From Bigelowiella natans CCMP2755 (taxonomy: Eukaryota; Protista; Cercozoa), in the NCBI GenBank assembly GCA_000320545.1, contig ADNK01002623.1:1-64000 (forward strand): 64,000 bases of DNA. Direction: 5' to 3'. The notes beneath the pieces are model-generated. The model had not been told where the DNA came from. It searched no databases and was given only the letters and a program-made list of their open reading frames with translations. Shown in pieces: positions 36,434-50,507 of this stretch. Both the position numbers and the translations under genes were made by a program. How positions within the stretch are numbered: the stretch's first letter is position 1; every line of letters begins with the position of its first letter.

Positions 36434-37921
36434 GTGTATAAGAAGGATGTCGATTCGGTGGCCATCAAATCCATTGCGTCATCGTTATCTTGGAGTACAT
36501 CTACCAATCTATCTCTTAGCGGCATCGTGCCGTTTAGCGATGAGAACATTCGCCTACAGCAGAAGACCAACATCCCCTGCCCTCTTTCTCCAAGGGTACA
36601 TCAGAAATTTAATTAAGGACTCACCTCTGTTTCAAATTATTGTATTTATGCATCGATACCCCCCTCCGCAGAGTCCACCACTCACTCCCACTCACATTTT
36701 TAAACACATGTTATTTGCACAGCAGCAGCACGGTTGACCCTTTGAACCTCCATTGCGATGATACTGCTAACATTATTGGGTACTTCTGTACAAATTATTT
36801 TCTTTTTTCGTACGTGCAATCTAGGGGGGTTGGCAGGTGAAGAGAGAGAAAATTCTAACTTGAATGAGGTTTTATACTGGATTAATCAAAATGATATGAT
36901 ACGCTTCAGAACCACCTGCAACCTTCCTTCGTTAGCCACCACGCACTCATTATCAGTAAGCGTGCAGAGTACACAGAGAGTACGGACATTATTACACAAA
37001 TTTGACAACGAAGTGGGGAGGCGGATGCATGGCAGTAGTTCCAGCGGTGCAATATGGAAAGGAGGAGGAGGGACGGATAATCAACAGCTACTGCAGCAGC
37101 AGCAGGATTTGCTTCAAATGCACATTGTTGATCTTCCCGAACTTCGAGGAGCTCAGATATGTCTGTAAAGTTCTTTGTGTCAATAGTGATAGCGACATGT
37201 TCGAATCATAGTTAGATTTTCAGGTTTCCTCTAGTGCGTGCACGAGAGTAGTGGCATTCACAGCCCCCGCCCCCCCAACCATTTTTTAGTTACATGCTAA
37301 ACCATAGGTATTTGCCCCTGTCCTGGCAAGCGACAGCGTGACCTGGCACTTGACTTGAATCGACTTAGTGAGTGGGGGGCGCAGGCTGTAGTGACATTAA
37401 TTGAGAATTCTGAGATGAAAATGCTCCAAGTTCCTCAAATTGGAGAAGAGGTTGTGCATCTCGTAGCATATATGTTCATTCTCATGGTCTTAATAAGCAT
37501 TGACGATTTTGTCAGCATCATCATCATCATCTTCATCATTATCATCATCATTGTACCAATATCAAAGGTGGAGCGACGTGGGATGCGTTGGCTTCATTGT
37601 CCCATCACCGATTTTTCTGCACCAAGCGAGCCTTTCGAGACCCCGTGGCGGTCAGCAGGACGAGAGGTCCGAAAGATCCTCAGGGGAGGAGGCAAGATCG
37701 TTGTGCATTGCAGGGGGGGGATTGGCAGGGCGGGCACAGTGACATCGAGGCTCCTGCTGGAACTAGGCCTCGTCGCGAGTGCTCAAGACGCCCTTATTCG
37801 AGTTAGGAAATCTCGTCCCGGTGCAGTGGAGACCATCGAGCAGGAGCAACACCTTGAAACAGTACAACGCATAACGGACAAGGAAGAAGATGACGGTGAA
37901 GGTGATTTCAATGAGCAGTGA
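36434..37921 (+). CDS. CDKN3/KAP-family (bacterial-type) dual-specificity protein phosphatase
   Basis: Exons give ICPCPGKRQRDLALDLNRLSEWGAQAVVTLIE..GEE|VERRGMRWLHCPITDFSAP..VVHCRGGIGRAGT..RPGAVET, with an intact CX5R P-loop. 5' exons uncertain. Confidence 0.85.
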
Positions 37922-38089
37922 TGAGATGTGGTTAGTAGAAATCACATAAAAACATATTTGGCGGCTATTGTTACATATTTTCTGGGTCTAAAGCCTAAAA
38001 GACAAATAATCGAGTAAATTAAAATTAAAAAACATTGGTGTATGAGTCTGCTTTCGCCGTGGTCGGTGATGTAATTGCATCTGCAGTTG

Positions 38090-38765
38090 CTGGTGATGTG
38101 CACTACCCCTACATTAAATCCCTCATAAGTGGCGCTCTATAGCTCAGCAGCCTCATTATCCAGGTTGCGCTGCTCATTAGCATAAGAGCCCAAGTAAATA
38201 TATAAGACATTATACTGAGTCTGTCTCCATTTAGCTAGCGAAGGACAGGCATAATACGCAGCATCTGCATATGTATGCAAAACAAGTGCTTGCATGATGC
38301 GCCACGGTCATCTAAGCTAGCTCATTATCGGTAATAACAATAACGTACAGATTGAGATGGAGCATACTGTGACACTAGTCCGCGATGCAGGTTTACTCGC
38401 TCGTGCCGCCTCGTATGATGTTTGTACCGGCAATATCCAAGTGTGTAGCATACATTGTGCCTGCAGCTATAGCGCATGCAAAGCAACCCAACGTCTAGTT
38501 GCATGCAGCTGATGAGATGTTACATCCCACATATGCACTTCTAGGCATATCCAATGATGAGCGCAAATAAAAAGGTTGTACGTACGTCAGGATGCACAAC
38601 ATGTGATCATCTTCGTGTCCATGGCAAACCTGTATACATGCATGTGTCGTATCAATGCGACAATGGCCCAGCCCGTGCTTCGATACACCATGGCTGCGCG
38701 ACTATAACACGACATACATACGATGCTGATTATTACTACTTAGCTCGTCACCACGTTGCATGTTC
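38090..38765. repeat. TG/CA-rich decayed island between convergent genes
   Basis: Composition as for the other islands; lies between the phosphatase (+) and EF-hand (-) stops. Confidence 0.5.
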
Positions 38766-38778
38766 ACCGATCCTTCTA

Positions 38779-41183
38779 TTAATCAACAACCGCAAAGGCT
38801 TTCCCCCTTGGATGCTCTCTACGATGATTCCGTCCAGACATCGTCTTCTTCACGTTCCTAATTGCTTTGAGTATATCTTTTCCGTTCCCGTCATCCCGAA
38901 GTGCAGCAACTATTTCATCTGTGTCCTTGCCATCCTTCAACAGCTCTGTAACTCGTTGTTCAAGTGTTTTCTTGGGTGTGTTCGTTTCCCCCTTCATCTT
39001 AGGGTGAAAAGACTTCTGTGCGTCAAAACCTTTCTTCGTTTCTCGCATAATTCCCTCTACGAACTCCTCGAGAGTAATCATACCATCTTTGTCCAGATCA
39101 TAAACGGACATGCTTGCGCGTACATCGCCCCGTGTGACTTCTCGCTTCGGATCAGTCTGTGATATTCGATCCAACCGCATGTACTTCTCCATTTCCACCT
39201 TGCTCAGGATTCCTGATGTGTTTTTGTCTGCCTCAACAAAAAACTTCTTATTCTCTGCCCAATTCTCGAATGCATGGTCAGTCGAATGAAGAAGCATCTG
39301 ATGGACGTACTCTTTATAAGATATCGATCCGTTTCCGTCGGCATCCAGAGGCGAGAATATCTCCAATACATCGTCCTTATTAACAAGCCTCTTTCGATTT
39401 CGTGCCTCCCATGCCCTTGCCATCAATTGCAGGCGCTCCTCTTCCTTTGCCAGTAAGTGCAGTCGCATTTCCTTAAAATCAATGTGCCCTGAGTCATCTC
39501 GATCAATGTCGTGAAAGGCTTTTTCTACCAATCTATATAGGGTTCTTCCCTCCTTATGCGACCGGCATTGCTTGTGTGTGAGCAAAAAGTTGATGTATTT
39601 CTCTTCCAGCTCGCTGGTCTGCGAGGAATATGGTAAGGTCACGCAATTCCCGTCGAAATTCTCTGCACGTTGTTTGATCTTAAATTCCAATAGTTTCCCG
39701 TCGTTCGCTTTTGCTTTCCACTTCAGTTTTCCCCCAATCCTATTTATGAATGTATTCGTAGGGATACAGCACTCAAACCATTCCTCATTTGGATTCTTGG
39801 GCGTTGCTCCTTCTGCTGGGAAAGGCAGACCTCTGATCATGATATAATCCCCTTGCCGTATCACCAGTCTCTGGATATGCATGTCTGTAGAATGCAATTG
39901 GTTTGTAGTAGTACAGTGATATCGCTCAACGAAAATTAATTTCATAGTTATAATTTAGCCCATCAAAAAACACAATGGGCAATCGCGCACGACATAAGAT
40001 GTGTTACATCGTACCCGGATCGAGTTGAATAATAGCGTAGTCGTCTTCCATCTTGAATCGTTTTACTCCTGGCACCCACTCTCTCGTGGCTTTTTCGATC
40101 ATGGCCTTGCGGTAAATCTCGCAAGCCTCTCCCACCTTCTTCGCACAGGGTGAAAATCGCTCCTTCTGTATCTTCTTGATATCATCCTTCTCCCCTTCGT
40201 TCAGGTCACATTCTAGCACCATCTTGAAAGCCATTTTCTCTCGTATACTGGGCTCTTTGATATCCTATATGATTGAAGTGAAAGAAGGATAAAAGTCTAG
40301 CGCTCATCACATGTTTTTGATGTATATTGCAGTAGGTAGATTTACATGTACATAATATATATATATATATATATATATATGCATATTGTGTGTGTGTATG
40401 TGTGTATGTGTGTATGTGTGTATGTGTGCTTGTGTGTGCTTGTGTGTGCTTGTGCAGTTCATCCCATCTAATTTGCAACTCTGTATTCTAGCTTGGTAGA
40501 CAGTAAATAACCTTTGTGGAGTAAGGAATTCCACTCTCATGCAGGATTATGTAGTTGCTGGAAGGAGTAACGTTTGCCACTGTGATCCAAAACCCGTTTG
40601 GGTCAAAATCGTTCAATATCGGCAACCCTATTTTAATTAAGAAAATCTTTATTGAATACGTTCTTGTCATGATAATTATACTGAGTACTACCCTGGAATT
40701 TAATGTAAGAGTTGTTGTGACGGATGTTCGGATCAGCAACGTTCCATATGTGCTCTCGAAAATTGTGCTGAAATTGGACTTGCATCGCTCCAGGGTCTAA
40801 CTTGCTCCCCAGACTAGAGGATTATAAATGTTACACTATTTTTTTTAATATGAATATTGCCCTCAATATCGCCATCCTTCAATCATCGAACAATGATATA
40901 TGCGACTAAATATCAACAAGGGGAATGGCAATGCCAAATGTCAACCGGGAAATTCATTACCTTGAGACGCGTTTGATTTTGGCCGAAATCCAGCCAAGTT
41001 GATACGATACCGTTTGCTTCTTGCCCTCCGTCTTATCGTTGGTATCACATGATTTAAGGTCTTTTTCATCCTTTCTCTCCTCCTCTCTGCCTTTCTGTTG
41101 GAATTTGTATCAAATTGAGGGACGTATATTCTAGTCTTGCAGACCTTCAGGGATAGAAGATCTAAATGGAGATGAATGAGCAT
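38779..41183 (-). CDS. EF-hand calcium-binding protein (4 EF-hands) with uncharacterised N-terminal region
   Basis: Loops DIDRDDSGHIDFKE, DADGNGSISYKE, DKNTSGILSKVE and DLDKDGMITLEE in ORF 38779..39945; upstream exons at about 40.0-41.1 kb; start uncertain. Confidence 0.85.
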
Positions 41184-41346
41184 GTTGTCTCTCTAAAATC
41201 GTGTAAAATTTATACATTCAATTACGTTAGGGGGTATCGGTCCTTTGCCAGCCCCACAGCCCATGCCTCGAATACCAGAGAGCAACCCGATATATGTCTT
41301 AACGCAACACTGCTGGCTAGCTATCCTTCCGTTGTTCTTACTTTCG

Positions 41347-41391
<45 letters not shown>

Positions 41392-42095
41392 CTTCTCTGT
41401 GTGTTCTGCTCTGGTAGATCTTTACAGATACTCGTTACTCGTACAAGTTTAGTCGTAACGCACACCATGCGATGCCTCAAAACTTGTTTCTCTGCTCCTC
41501 CTCCTCCTCCTCGATATCCACCCGAGATTCCTAAATAACGAATTGGGAGTCTCCAAAGATCTCCTTGTATACCCTGGAAAAAACGGTATTGAGAGTAGTT
41601 ACATTGTGGCGACGTCCGTTTTGTAATGTCACAGTAGATAATGCTCCTGCATTTTCATTATTCTGATGTATTGTATGAGGATCTAGTTGGTCTTAATAAC
41701 GATCGTAGCTTGTACTTCAACTTCCTACATAACTACTGCAACTGACTCCAGACCTCCACTCCAAAAATACAACAGAAGAGAGGGGGAGAGAGAGAGAGAG
41801 ACGGTGCTAATACGACGAGGAGGAGGAGAACAAGAAGAAGAAAGGAGGAGAAACTTCCATAACTCTAATCCACTAACTGTCGCCGGTCCTCACGGTACAA
41901 TCCCCTCCTCTTCTGCTGCTAGACCGTAGTCTATGTTTAAGACCTCCTGTAATGCAGCTGCAGAATGCACTGCCAAACCACTCGACATCAGGACAATTCT
42001 CTCCATGCTAATACAAATGGCTATGAAACTTTTAAACCACGGCGTGACTTTGTTCCAACTTGCCATCTCTGTAGATTATACCTGCTGGGCACACC

Positions 42096-42887
42096 ATGAT
42101 GGATCATGATGACAAGGAGGAGGAGGTAGAAGAAACTCCTTTGGAGCTCACAGAAAACTGGCAACCTCTGGGAAATACATTGCCGCAGTTCAAAGCTGAT
42201 AAAAAAAAAAAAAAAAAGAAGAAGAAAAAGAAAAAAAAAGCAAAGCTCGATCCCATGCTTCGAGCGCTGATGGGGAATTCCAAACCTGTTGCACCAGTAA
42301 ATGCGGTGGAACCAGAAGAGATAGAGGGGGAAGGGGACACCAGAGCACAGGAAACAGATAAACTATTCGCCAATATGGAGGTTGATCCTTATTGAATTAT
42401 TATTGTGAATATGTGTGGGTTATGTGGTGGTGGGTATTGGTGTGTTCGAAGAGTTTACATTTTTGTATATGTTTGACGGTGTACAACTTTCTCATCCAAG
42501 TATTGATCTATGGCAACTCTACCTCCGCACTTTTCAGGAGTATCCGGCGAATTCTCTGAAGACACTTGGCAGAAAAAAGAATAATGTGAAAGTAGAAGTT
42601 GTCGACTTGAACGCAGATGATGGAGACAATAGCATCGTTCATCACAACACTGTGACAACAGGGAGAAAAGGGGGGGTACGCGCTGTGTTTCAAGCCGAAA
42701 AACTTGATCTGGAAGCGATTCTTGCTTCCATACAAAAAGATCTAAACACGCTCTCGGAATCAAGCAGAATGAAAAGGCAGAGAGCTCTTGTTCGACTTCA
42801 GACTGATTTCGAGCATCTTTTCTTGAGGGCAAAGAAAGAGACCTATGAACGTAGCAAGAAGGACGCCAAGGAAACCAAGGTATAAAT

Positions 42888-42943
<56 letters not shown>

Positions 42944-44280
42944 TCTAGCTATTTTTTAATATATTTTCCTCTTACATAGTTTCACCACCTGATGAGACAG
43001 TACTCCGATTAATGACAATTTTTCGTTCAGGTGGCGGTAGTAGCAAATTCGAGGAAGCAACAGGACAAGATAGACTCTTTTGGTGGGTTGGGGGGAAAGG
43101 ACGCTCTCTCTTTCAGCAGTAGTCCTGTCCGGACCTTCCTTTCATCGCTTCTAGTAAGCGTTGCAAAGCCGATACTAAAACGGTTCGGGGACTCTGCGGA
43201 AAAATGCAGAGAAGTCGGAGTGGGTATTATCTCTGGATTTGCTGAATATGTAACAAATGTGTCACAATTTCTACCATTCATCATTCCCGTTTTGCGTCAT
43301 CGCATGTCAAGCAAGTCGCCTCACCCATACTTCTCGAAGAGAATCAGTCTTATGGGCGCCCAAGACGAGCTGGCAGACGTGAGAGAGGAGAATGAAGATG
43401 ACGAAACTCTCTTTGCCTGGACAACTCCAGATCCTTTGGAAGACTCAGAGGAGATACGTCTGCTGAACATGAAGCTGCTCCACCTTATAATTCAACGCTG
43501 CCAGCACCAACTCTTCCCTTTTCTAAACGACGTCGTCACATTGCTAGTTCTTGGCCTCGGCGACAGATTCCCGGATGTCAAACAGGAGTGTTTTGCTTGC
43601 ATTGTAAAGGTTTGCGAGCTGTTTCCTGTAAGAATACGAGGTTGTAGCGTCGATTTGTGCAAGATTACCATGCCGTCCCTCAAACATAAGCTCTCTAGAA
43701 TACGAATCAGCGCAATCCACGCTACCAAAGCATTGATTGTGGCGGGTGCAGCTCAGGCTATACGGACTCTAACTGCATTCCGGGAACATAATGTAATTGT
43801 TCTAAAAGCTTTCTTTCACGGGGAATCAAGAGTAAACTATTTTGCGTCTTTGTGTGAGGACAGCAATTCTCGTGTGAGGCTAGAATTCTTTAATTGTATG
43901 AACTTCTTAATGACCAAGCTGCACGAGCGCGCTAACTTCGAGACGTTGTTGATGCCCTATGTCATCGCCGGGCTCTTCGATCAGTGTGAGGAGATCCAGC
44001 AGAATGCACTTAACACTATCCAGGCTCTTGGAATCGAACACGAGGAATGGAACAAGGACAAGTTGGATGACAGAAAATACTACGCCAAGCTAGCGGAACG
44101 TGTGTCCATGAAGCACAGGCTCGAGGGGCTGGAGCACCTCTACCCAGTACCGCATACCAAACGCCCAGGTATAGGGGCAAGAGAGGTGGTCATGAAATTC
44201 ACCACCCGACTGCTTTCGCCTCTTCTCCGAGAGTTGGATGATTGGAAAAGTGGTCCAAAGTAAGAATGAATAAATTTCTC

Positions 44281-44315
<35 letters not shown>

Positions 44316-46857
44316 GTTATATCGATGTTTCTGACATGTAGGATCAATACTTTCAACCTACTACTTCCAAACATATATACCTACCTTCTGGCCCGTATTG
44401 CAGAGAAATATTTTGCGTTCCCTTCTTCCCCTTTATTCTAACCATTCTCCATCTTCTGCTTCATTAAGGTACCGGGCAGCTAAGCTACTGCAGATCCTGC
44501 TGATCTACACAGAGGACTACATAAATGACGAGGTTCAGGGCATCGTCACCACCCTTACAAAGCAGGTGGCGGACCCCGAGATTGGATCTGAAATTGCGGT
44601 GTGTTTGAAGCTATTGGGTCGATTTGCAGATTTTAATGTCCTTCTTAGTGAGGTTCGCCGTAATCTGGAGAGCAATAGCGCAGATGATTCCAAGCAGGAA
44701 AGAACCCTACTTAGTCTTAGCTACCTTATTCAAGGGGCACCCCCTGCAATAGCAGCATCATATCTTTGTGATATCCTACACTTGATATCCATCCCTGATG
44801 TGCTTCATGTCAGAGAGTCCGGGAATTTGGTGGCCTACTTCCGCCTCTGTGAGGTCCTTGGAGGCCTGATGATGAGACTAGATCCTGCACAGTTTCAAGC
44901 TCAAGTCAATTCCCATAGACGGCAGCAGCAGCCCAGAAGACACACTAGCGGGGAGAGATGTGGTAAAAATAACAGCACCAAAGTGAAGGGCTCGATGGCT
45001 GAATCGAATTACTACTTCTTCAAGAGTACGAACGCAGAGACAGCTAAGAACTTCCGTCCTATTCCGCTTGATAGCAAGGCAAAGAAAACCATACGAAACA
45101 TGGATCAGGATAGCGTAGTTGTAGTGTATGAAAAGGACGACGACGGAAAAAAAACAGCAGGACGGCTAGTGACTAGAGAAGTGTTGATCGAGATATTCAG
45201 GATCCAGGTTGGATTGCAAGCTTTGCTTGACCTATCTCCCCCCAAAAAATGGGGCTTAGACCACCAACAACGGCTCTTGGCCGTGAGGGCGCTCAATACA
45301 TGCCAATCAGGTGTGCAGCTGCAAATGAGCAGCTTGAGCGGTGGTAGTTGTCATGACGACGACAACTACGACACTAGTGCTACCACCACAACAGCAACAG
45401 CAGAGGAGATGGTGAGCAATCAACTACCACCAAAACCTGATGGGAAAACGGTGAGTGGTATTTGTATTGGTGGGGGTGGTAGCAGCAGTAATAGTATAAG
45501 TAGTAGTTGCGGTAGTCCCAAAGTAGTAGATACTCTTGTTGAAGAGCTTCTGAAACGACAAGTGACTGAGTGTTCTCAATCACCGAATACTTACACATCC
45601 AACGCTTATGGTATCTTGGTTTTAAAGTGGCTTAGTGCCCATGTTGTTCCAACAACAACTCAAGAGGATGATAGTAGTAGGAGGAGGAGGAGTACCAGCA
45701 GTGGTAGCAGTAGCAGTAGTAAAAGCAATAGCATCATCGGTAGCGGTATATTGTACATTACACGTTCTCTGCTCAAGTGCATTTTAGCCACGAAGGGGGA
45801 GGTAGTAAGTCCTAATAGTGTGACAGCAGTAGTAGGGGAGTACTTTGAAAGCCTTCTCCACATACTTCGCAATTGCAGTCAAAGTCTGCTTCTCACTACC
45901 ACCGGAGCAGCAGAAACCATTAGTTCTGTCCTTTCAAGTGGTTTGGAAGAGTACACCTGGTCACTCTTCCAAGCTTTGTTGCGGACTACGACAATGACGA
46001 CAACGATGCCAACGACCGTGATGCAACTCGTGAAATACCAAGGTGAAGAGAAGAAGGGTATTACAAGCAAGGTCAAAAATAAGAAGAGTGCAGATGTTAT
46101 TGCAGCTACGGTGGCGAAGAGGATGGAACTAGCGAGAATTGTTATTTTAATAATCCGCGTGCTTAGTGGGGCATTGCAAACGAAGATACTCCCCTCGGTC
46201 CCTAGAAACTTGGCATTGGTACTTGGAAGGACTCTCGCTTTGCAGCCGTTTTTGGACTATTACCACCAAAATTCGTCAGAGAACGATCGATTAATCTTGA
46301 AGGATTTCGTAGTAGCAAGCTTACTGCTAAAAGAAAAGCAACAAAAGGAGAAGGAGGAGGAAGGGAACAAATCACAGCAGCATCAACATGGTCACGACAA
46401 GAAGAAATTCATGATGGGGCCAGAACTTGAGTTCCTAGTCGCGACCTATGCACTATTATTATACAATGATAGCAATATTCGTGATAATAATAGCGATGAT
46501 CGTCTGCAAGCAGTGGGCCAGTTAGAAAACCTAAAATGTCTGCTTGGCGCTACTAACGTAGTAGTAGTACACAATGAGGAGAAAGAAATGGAACAAGCAG
46601 TAGTGCTACTGGGAGGGGAGAAAAATGGGGGGGACATTAGCAAAGCTATCACTGAGCTGTGTGGGACTTTCTGCATGTCAGGCAGAGCTACAATGAATGA
46701 AATTCCTCTCGTAGAAGCACTATTCTCTCAGCTCTACACGAAGCACGAGCAAACCTTCATGGAAGCTGTCAAGCGATATGAGCATGTAGAGCTGGTCAAA
46801 GAGTTAAAAGACCGGGTAGTTAATGCTAGAAGAAGCACATCCAAGCTAGTTAAATGA
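42096..46857 (+). CDS. DNAAF5: Dynein axonemal assembly factor 5 (HEATR2)-like HEAT-repeat protein
   Basis: Motifs RQRAL, LKRFGDSAEKCRE, EDSEEIRL, DRFPDVK, LKHKLSRIR, DSNSRVR, LFDQCEEIQ, YPVPHTKRPGIGAREVV and LDDW occur in the order I recall for DNAAF5. Exons at about 42096-42380, 42538-42880, 43031-44259 and 44469-46857. Confidence 0.82.
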
Positions 46858-46859
46858 TG

Positions 46860-47760
46860 ACGTAGCATGAGGATCAGAGCATGCTACACGGACACATTTT
46901 CATAGTCTTTTTCATGTAGACATGCGAGCATCTGCTGCATAATACGCGAACATTGTAAAAGCATATTGAGACGAATGTAATAAATTGATTAAATCTTTTC
47001 AATGGTCATCCTGAGCGTAGCTATGCAAAGCAGCGGCGAAAGCGCTGGTGTTGTGTCGGTTTGTCTCCGCTATGATGTGTCTCATGCACGTGAAAGCATA
47101 TCACATCGTATACGTCCATGCGATGCTTGACATCGATCTCGCCCTCAAATTTTAACATTTGCAGTCCTGGCTCATTCTAGCACTACACCTGCCACCATGA
47201 TCAGTGCAAAGCTAACACAGATGATATGTTGCAACATACTTGTCCATTGAAGTTACGACTACAGCAGCCATTTGATCGCTGTGGAAAAAACACAAGATCG
47301 ACGGATGTAATAAAATGTTTAAATTTTTCAATGGTCATCCCAATGTAGCTGTGCAAAGCAGCGGCTACAGCGCTCAAGTTGAATCTGTTTGTGGAGAAAA
47401 TGTGCCATGCAGCTTCACGCCAGCGTGAATGCACCTGCTTTCGTCCATACGCCATGCATGTGTGCTCACTTGCTTTTGCAATTGTTCATTCACACTTGCA
47501 TGCATTGCTTGCTCCTGCCGCCATGCACAGCGCTACAAGCACACATCGTGCGAACACACCACATGTGTGTGTGTGCGCATGCATGCACATGCATACACAT
47601 GTGTACACATACAAATAGTGTGTGTGTGTGTGTGTGTGTGACTATTGTTGTGTGCCATGTGCAGTCAATCGCTCGTAGCAAAAGTATAGTCGATCGCCAG
47701 TGCAGACATGGGTGACACAGTATGCACGCAATCGTTCGGGCGGTCGAATGAAGAATATTG
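46860..47760. repeat. TG/CA-rich island containing a diverged direct repeat (about 46971-47130 and 47301-47460)
   Basis: Shared ACG(A/G)ATGTAATAAA..TTTTCAATGGTCATCC..GTAGCT(A/G)TGCAAAGCAGCGGC..AGCGCT at 330-bp spacing. Confidence 0.7.
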
Positions 47761-47854
47761 TGCAAATCATTGTACATTGGTCCGGATCCCGCCATCCCAC
47801 GCAGTAACCAAGTATGTAGCCAATGGCGTTGTGTACAAAAAAACATATTTTTCA

Positions 47855-48433
47855 TTACCACGGTGGCCTCTCTGGTTCATTTGCAGGCTCTGGCACCAGT
47901 GCATTGCGTTGAGTCTCGTCCCAATATCGATGATAGTATCTCTCCTTAGAGAGATGCCTCTCACTATTGTCTGTGCTGCCTTCCGTAGCCCTCCCATATT
48001 CTTCCTCATCTAGCGGTTCGTTGCATAGTTGTGTCCTTCTAAACTTGTCGATGCACTCGCGGGGAAATGAAAGGCCGAAGCAGCAATAGTCAACGTAATA
48101 TCTAAGGGAGTACAACGATTCATTGTAACATTTCGATTACGAAATTGCTAGCTTTCAGGTTAAGAAATTGAGAATAAAAATCATTACAGAAGTTTGATCG
48201 TAAATAACTGCGCTGTCGCGAAATTTAGTGGAAATGCTAAGACTAAAATCTTATTACGCTTTGCAAAGATCCAAGACAATGGACCGCGGCAACGAACTTT
48301 TGGTCAACATCTTGAATTCGTCTTGCAAAAATGTATTTCGTCCCTTTTCTGGGGAAAAACAAAAATATATATGGAGAAAGTGCCAACAAGGAGATGGAGA
48401 GTAGTACGATATTGTGATGTTCACATATATATA

Positions 48434-48471
<38 letters not shown>

Positions 48472-48480
48472 AAGGTAGCT

Positions 48481-48514
<34 letters not shown>

Positions 48515-50079
48515 CTGCAATAAGATGGAGCGACTGGTCCCGGAAAAACTTCCAGAGGTGATCATACCCTTCTTGCAGTGAAGATACCTACATGTTAGTT
48601 CTCAGAGAATCGATCAAATATGATGATGGTGATGATGATGATGAGGATGATGACCGTTATAATCACAGAGGGAGGTTAAAGAGAAAATGGTGATTATATA
48701 GTGGGGATCGATGACACACGTTGCAGATGTAGTCTATATCTCTTGGGGAACCGTCTGGAGTGCTGATATAGAGGCTCTGTGGCCACAAATGCCACTCAAA
48801 GTACCTATCTCACATCAACCAACAAAAATATCACGATTTTGATGTCGAATAGTAGCAGTATCCTCTCTCCTCCTCCAACGAACACTTCTTCTATACTTAT
48901 GATCCTACCCTTGATAAACAAGTCGATGTGCCCAGGTAGCTGCATCATCCAAACTTCGATTTTTTGAACAACCTCCTGGTGGGCAGTACTTGTCCTTATA
49001 TTTGTGCCTACTTGAGCAGCAAGAAGATTACTAAGACAACGAAGGGTGTCTATCATACCACGAGGAGATGTTAATAAAGTGGAGTAATTCCATATATTGA
49101 CGAATAGAAATCGCAAACCCCGTTAAACAATACAATCCGTATTTGACAACCTGAGAAAATTGAAAACCGAAACAAATCGATCTATCGGATCTCGAATGCA
49201 GGTGAAACTAAAGAGTCCGGAGCCCCATTTACGTCTTTTAGGGAAGATTTGGGATCCTGGCCAATGATGATTGTGGAAGTGTTTAATTACTATGATTGAT
49301 ACAATGGATGACTATTGGCGATGACTACGGGAGAGGATGATGATGAAATACTACTACCTATTGCCTTCCGTATGCTTCTAGAAGCAGATTTGGGGATTTC
49401 ATGATACAAGATACCTAGGGTGACGTTTTCAGCGTAATGGGCTGGCGAAACTGCAAATCGACGACTTTTTGTGTTGAGGAAGCAAGATCTGTGTTGAAAA
49501 TAAGCTATTACGTACAGGCGACAAGAGATATAAATATTATGCTTTGAAAACACACGATCATAGTGAACATGATAAACATTGAATGATCACGAACACACAC
49601 ACCCACACAATACATATGATGATGCCAATGTATGATCACCTGTAGGTTTCACACACACACATACATACATACATACATACATACATACACACAAACACAC
49701 ACAAACACAACGTGCAACAAATGGTGAAGATGTCGATGTATGATCACCTGTAGGTTTCTAAGATGGGTCTTTGTGCTGGAGGACCATCAATAGGGTTGGG
49801 CTCACCCCGTATGATGTCCTGATTCATACAAATATCACTTGAATATTGGCACCAATTATGGATACGTGTTTTAAGAACCTGATTCTTGACATGGAGTCCT
49901 CCTCCTCCTCCTCCTCCTCCTCCTCCTCCTCCTCCTCCTCCTCCACCCGTGGTCTTGAGTGTGGCGTTGGTGGGAAGGTCGAACAAGATGAACAGGCCAC
50001 CCAGGATTGTAAAGCTGCACAAGGCATAACGTATTGCCTGCTCATAGTTCCGCAACCAGCTTTCGAATTCTGCCATCAC
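47855..50079 (-). CDS. Golgi-type carbohydrate sulfotransferase (Sulfotransfer_2 family), type II membrane
   Basis: N-terminal TM (YALCSFTILGGLFILF), 5'-PSB YHEIPKSASRSIR, 3'-PB FTCIRDPIDRFVS, EWHLWPQ..DIDYIC and C-terminal YYVDYCCFGL. Confidence 0.82.
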
Positions 50080-50507
50080 CTCATCACGAGCGTCTCCATA
50101 TTATTACATCCTGCAGCTTCAGAGTGGAAGGAAGTTGGTGCAAGCAGAGGAGGAGGTAGAGCGGAAGAAGAGTCGTCCTAATAAGTAGTACGTAACAGAG
50201 AGACATCCCAATCTTTTATGTCGTAACTATAAAACCACTTCAATTCTATGCATAAGAAGGAAAGAGAAGCAGTGACAGCAGAGACATCTTAATACTTATG
50301 TCGTCACTATGATCTCACATCAATTCTAGGAATAAGTTAAATATTATTATCATTGGAGAATTATGACGTAGGGAAACGGCTGATCGGATACAGTCGTAAT
50401 CATTCGTTTCCGAAACTTTAACGGTAAGATAAATCATACAGATTTTGTGAAGACGATAAATGCGATAGTGATTGAGAAAGTCTCAGGTGTAGGCAAAATG
50501 GCATGAA

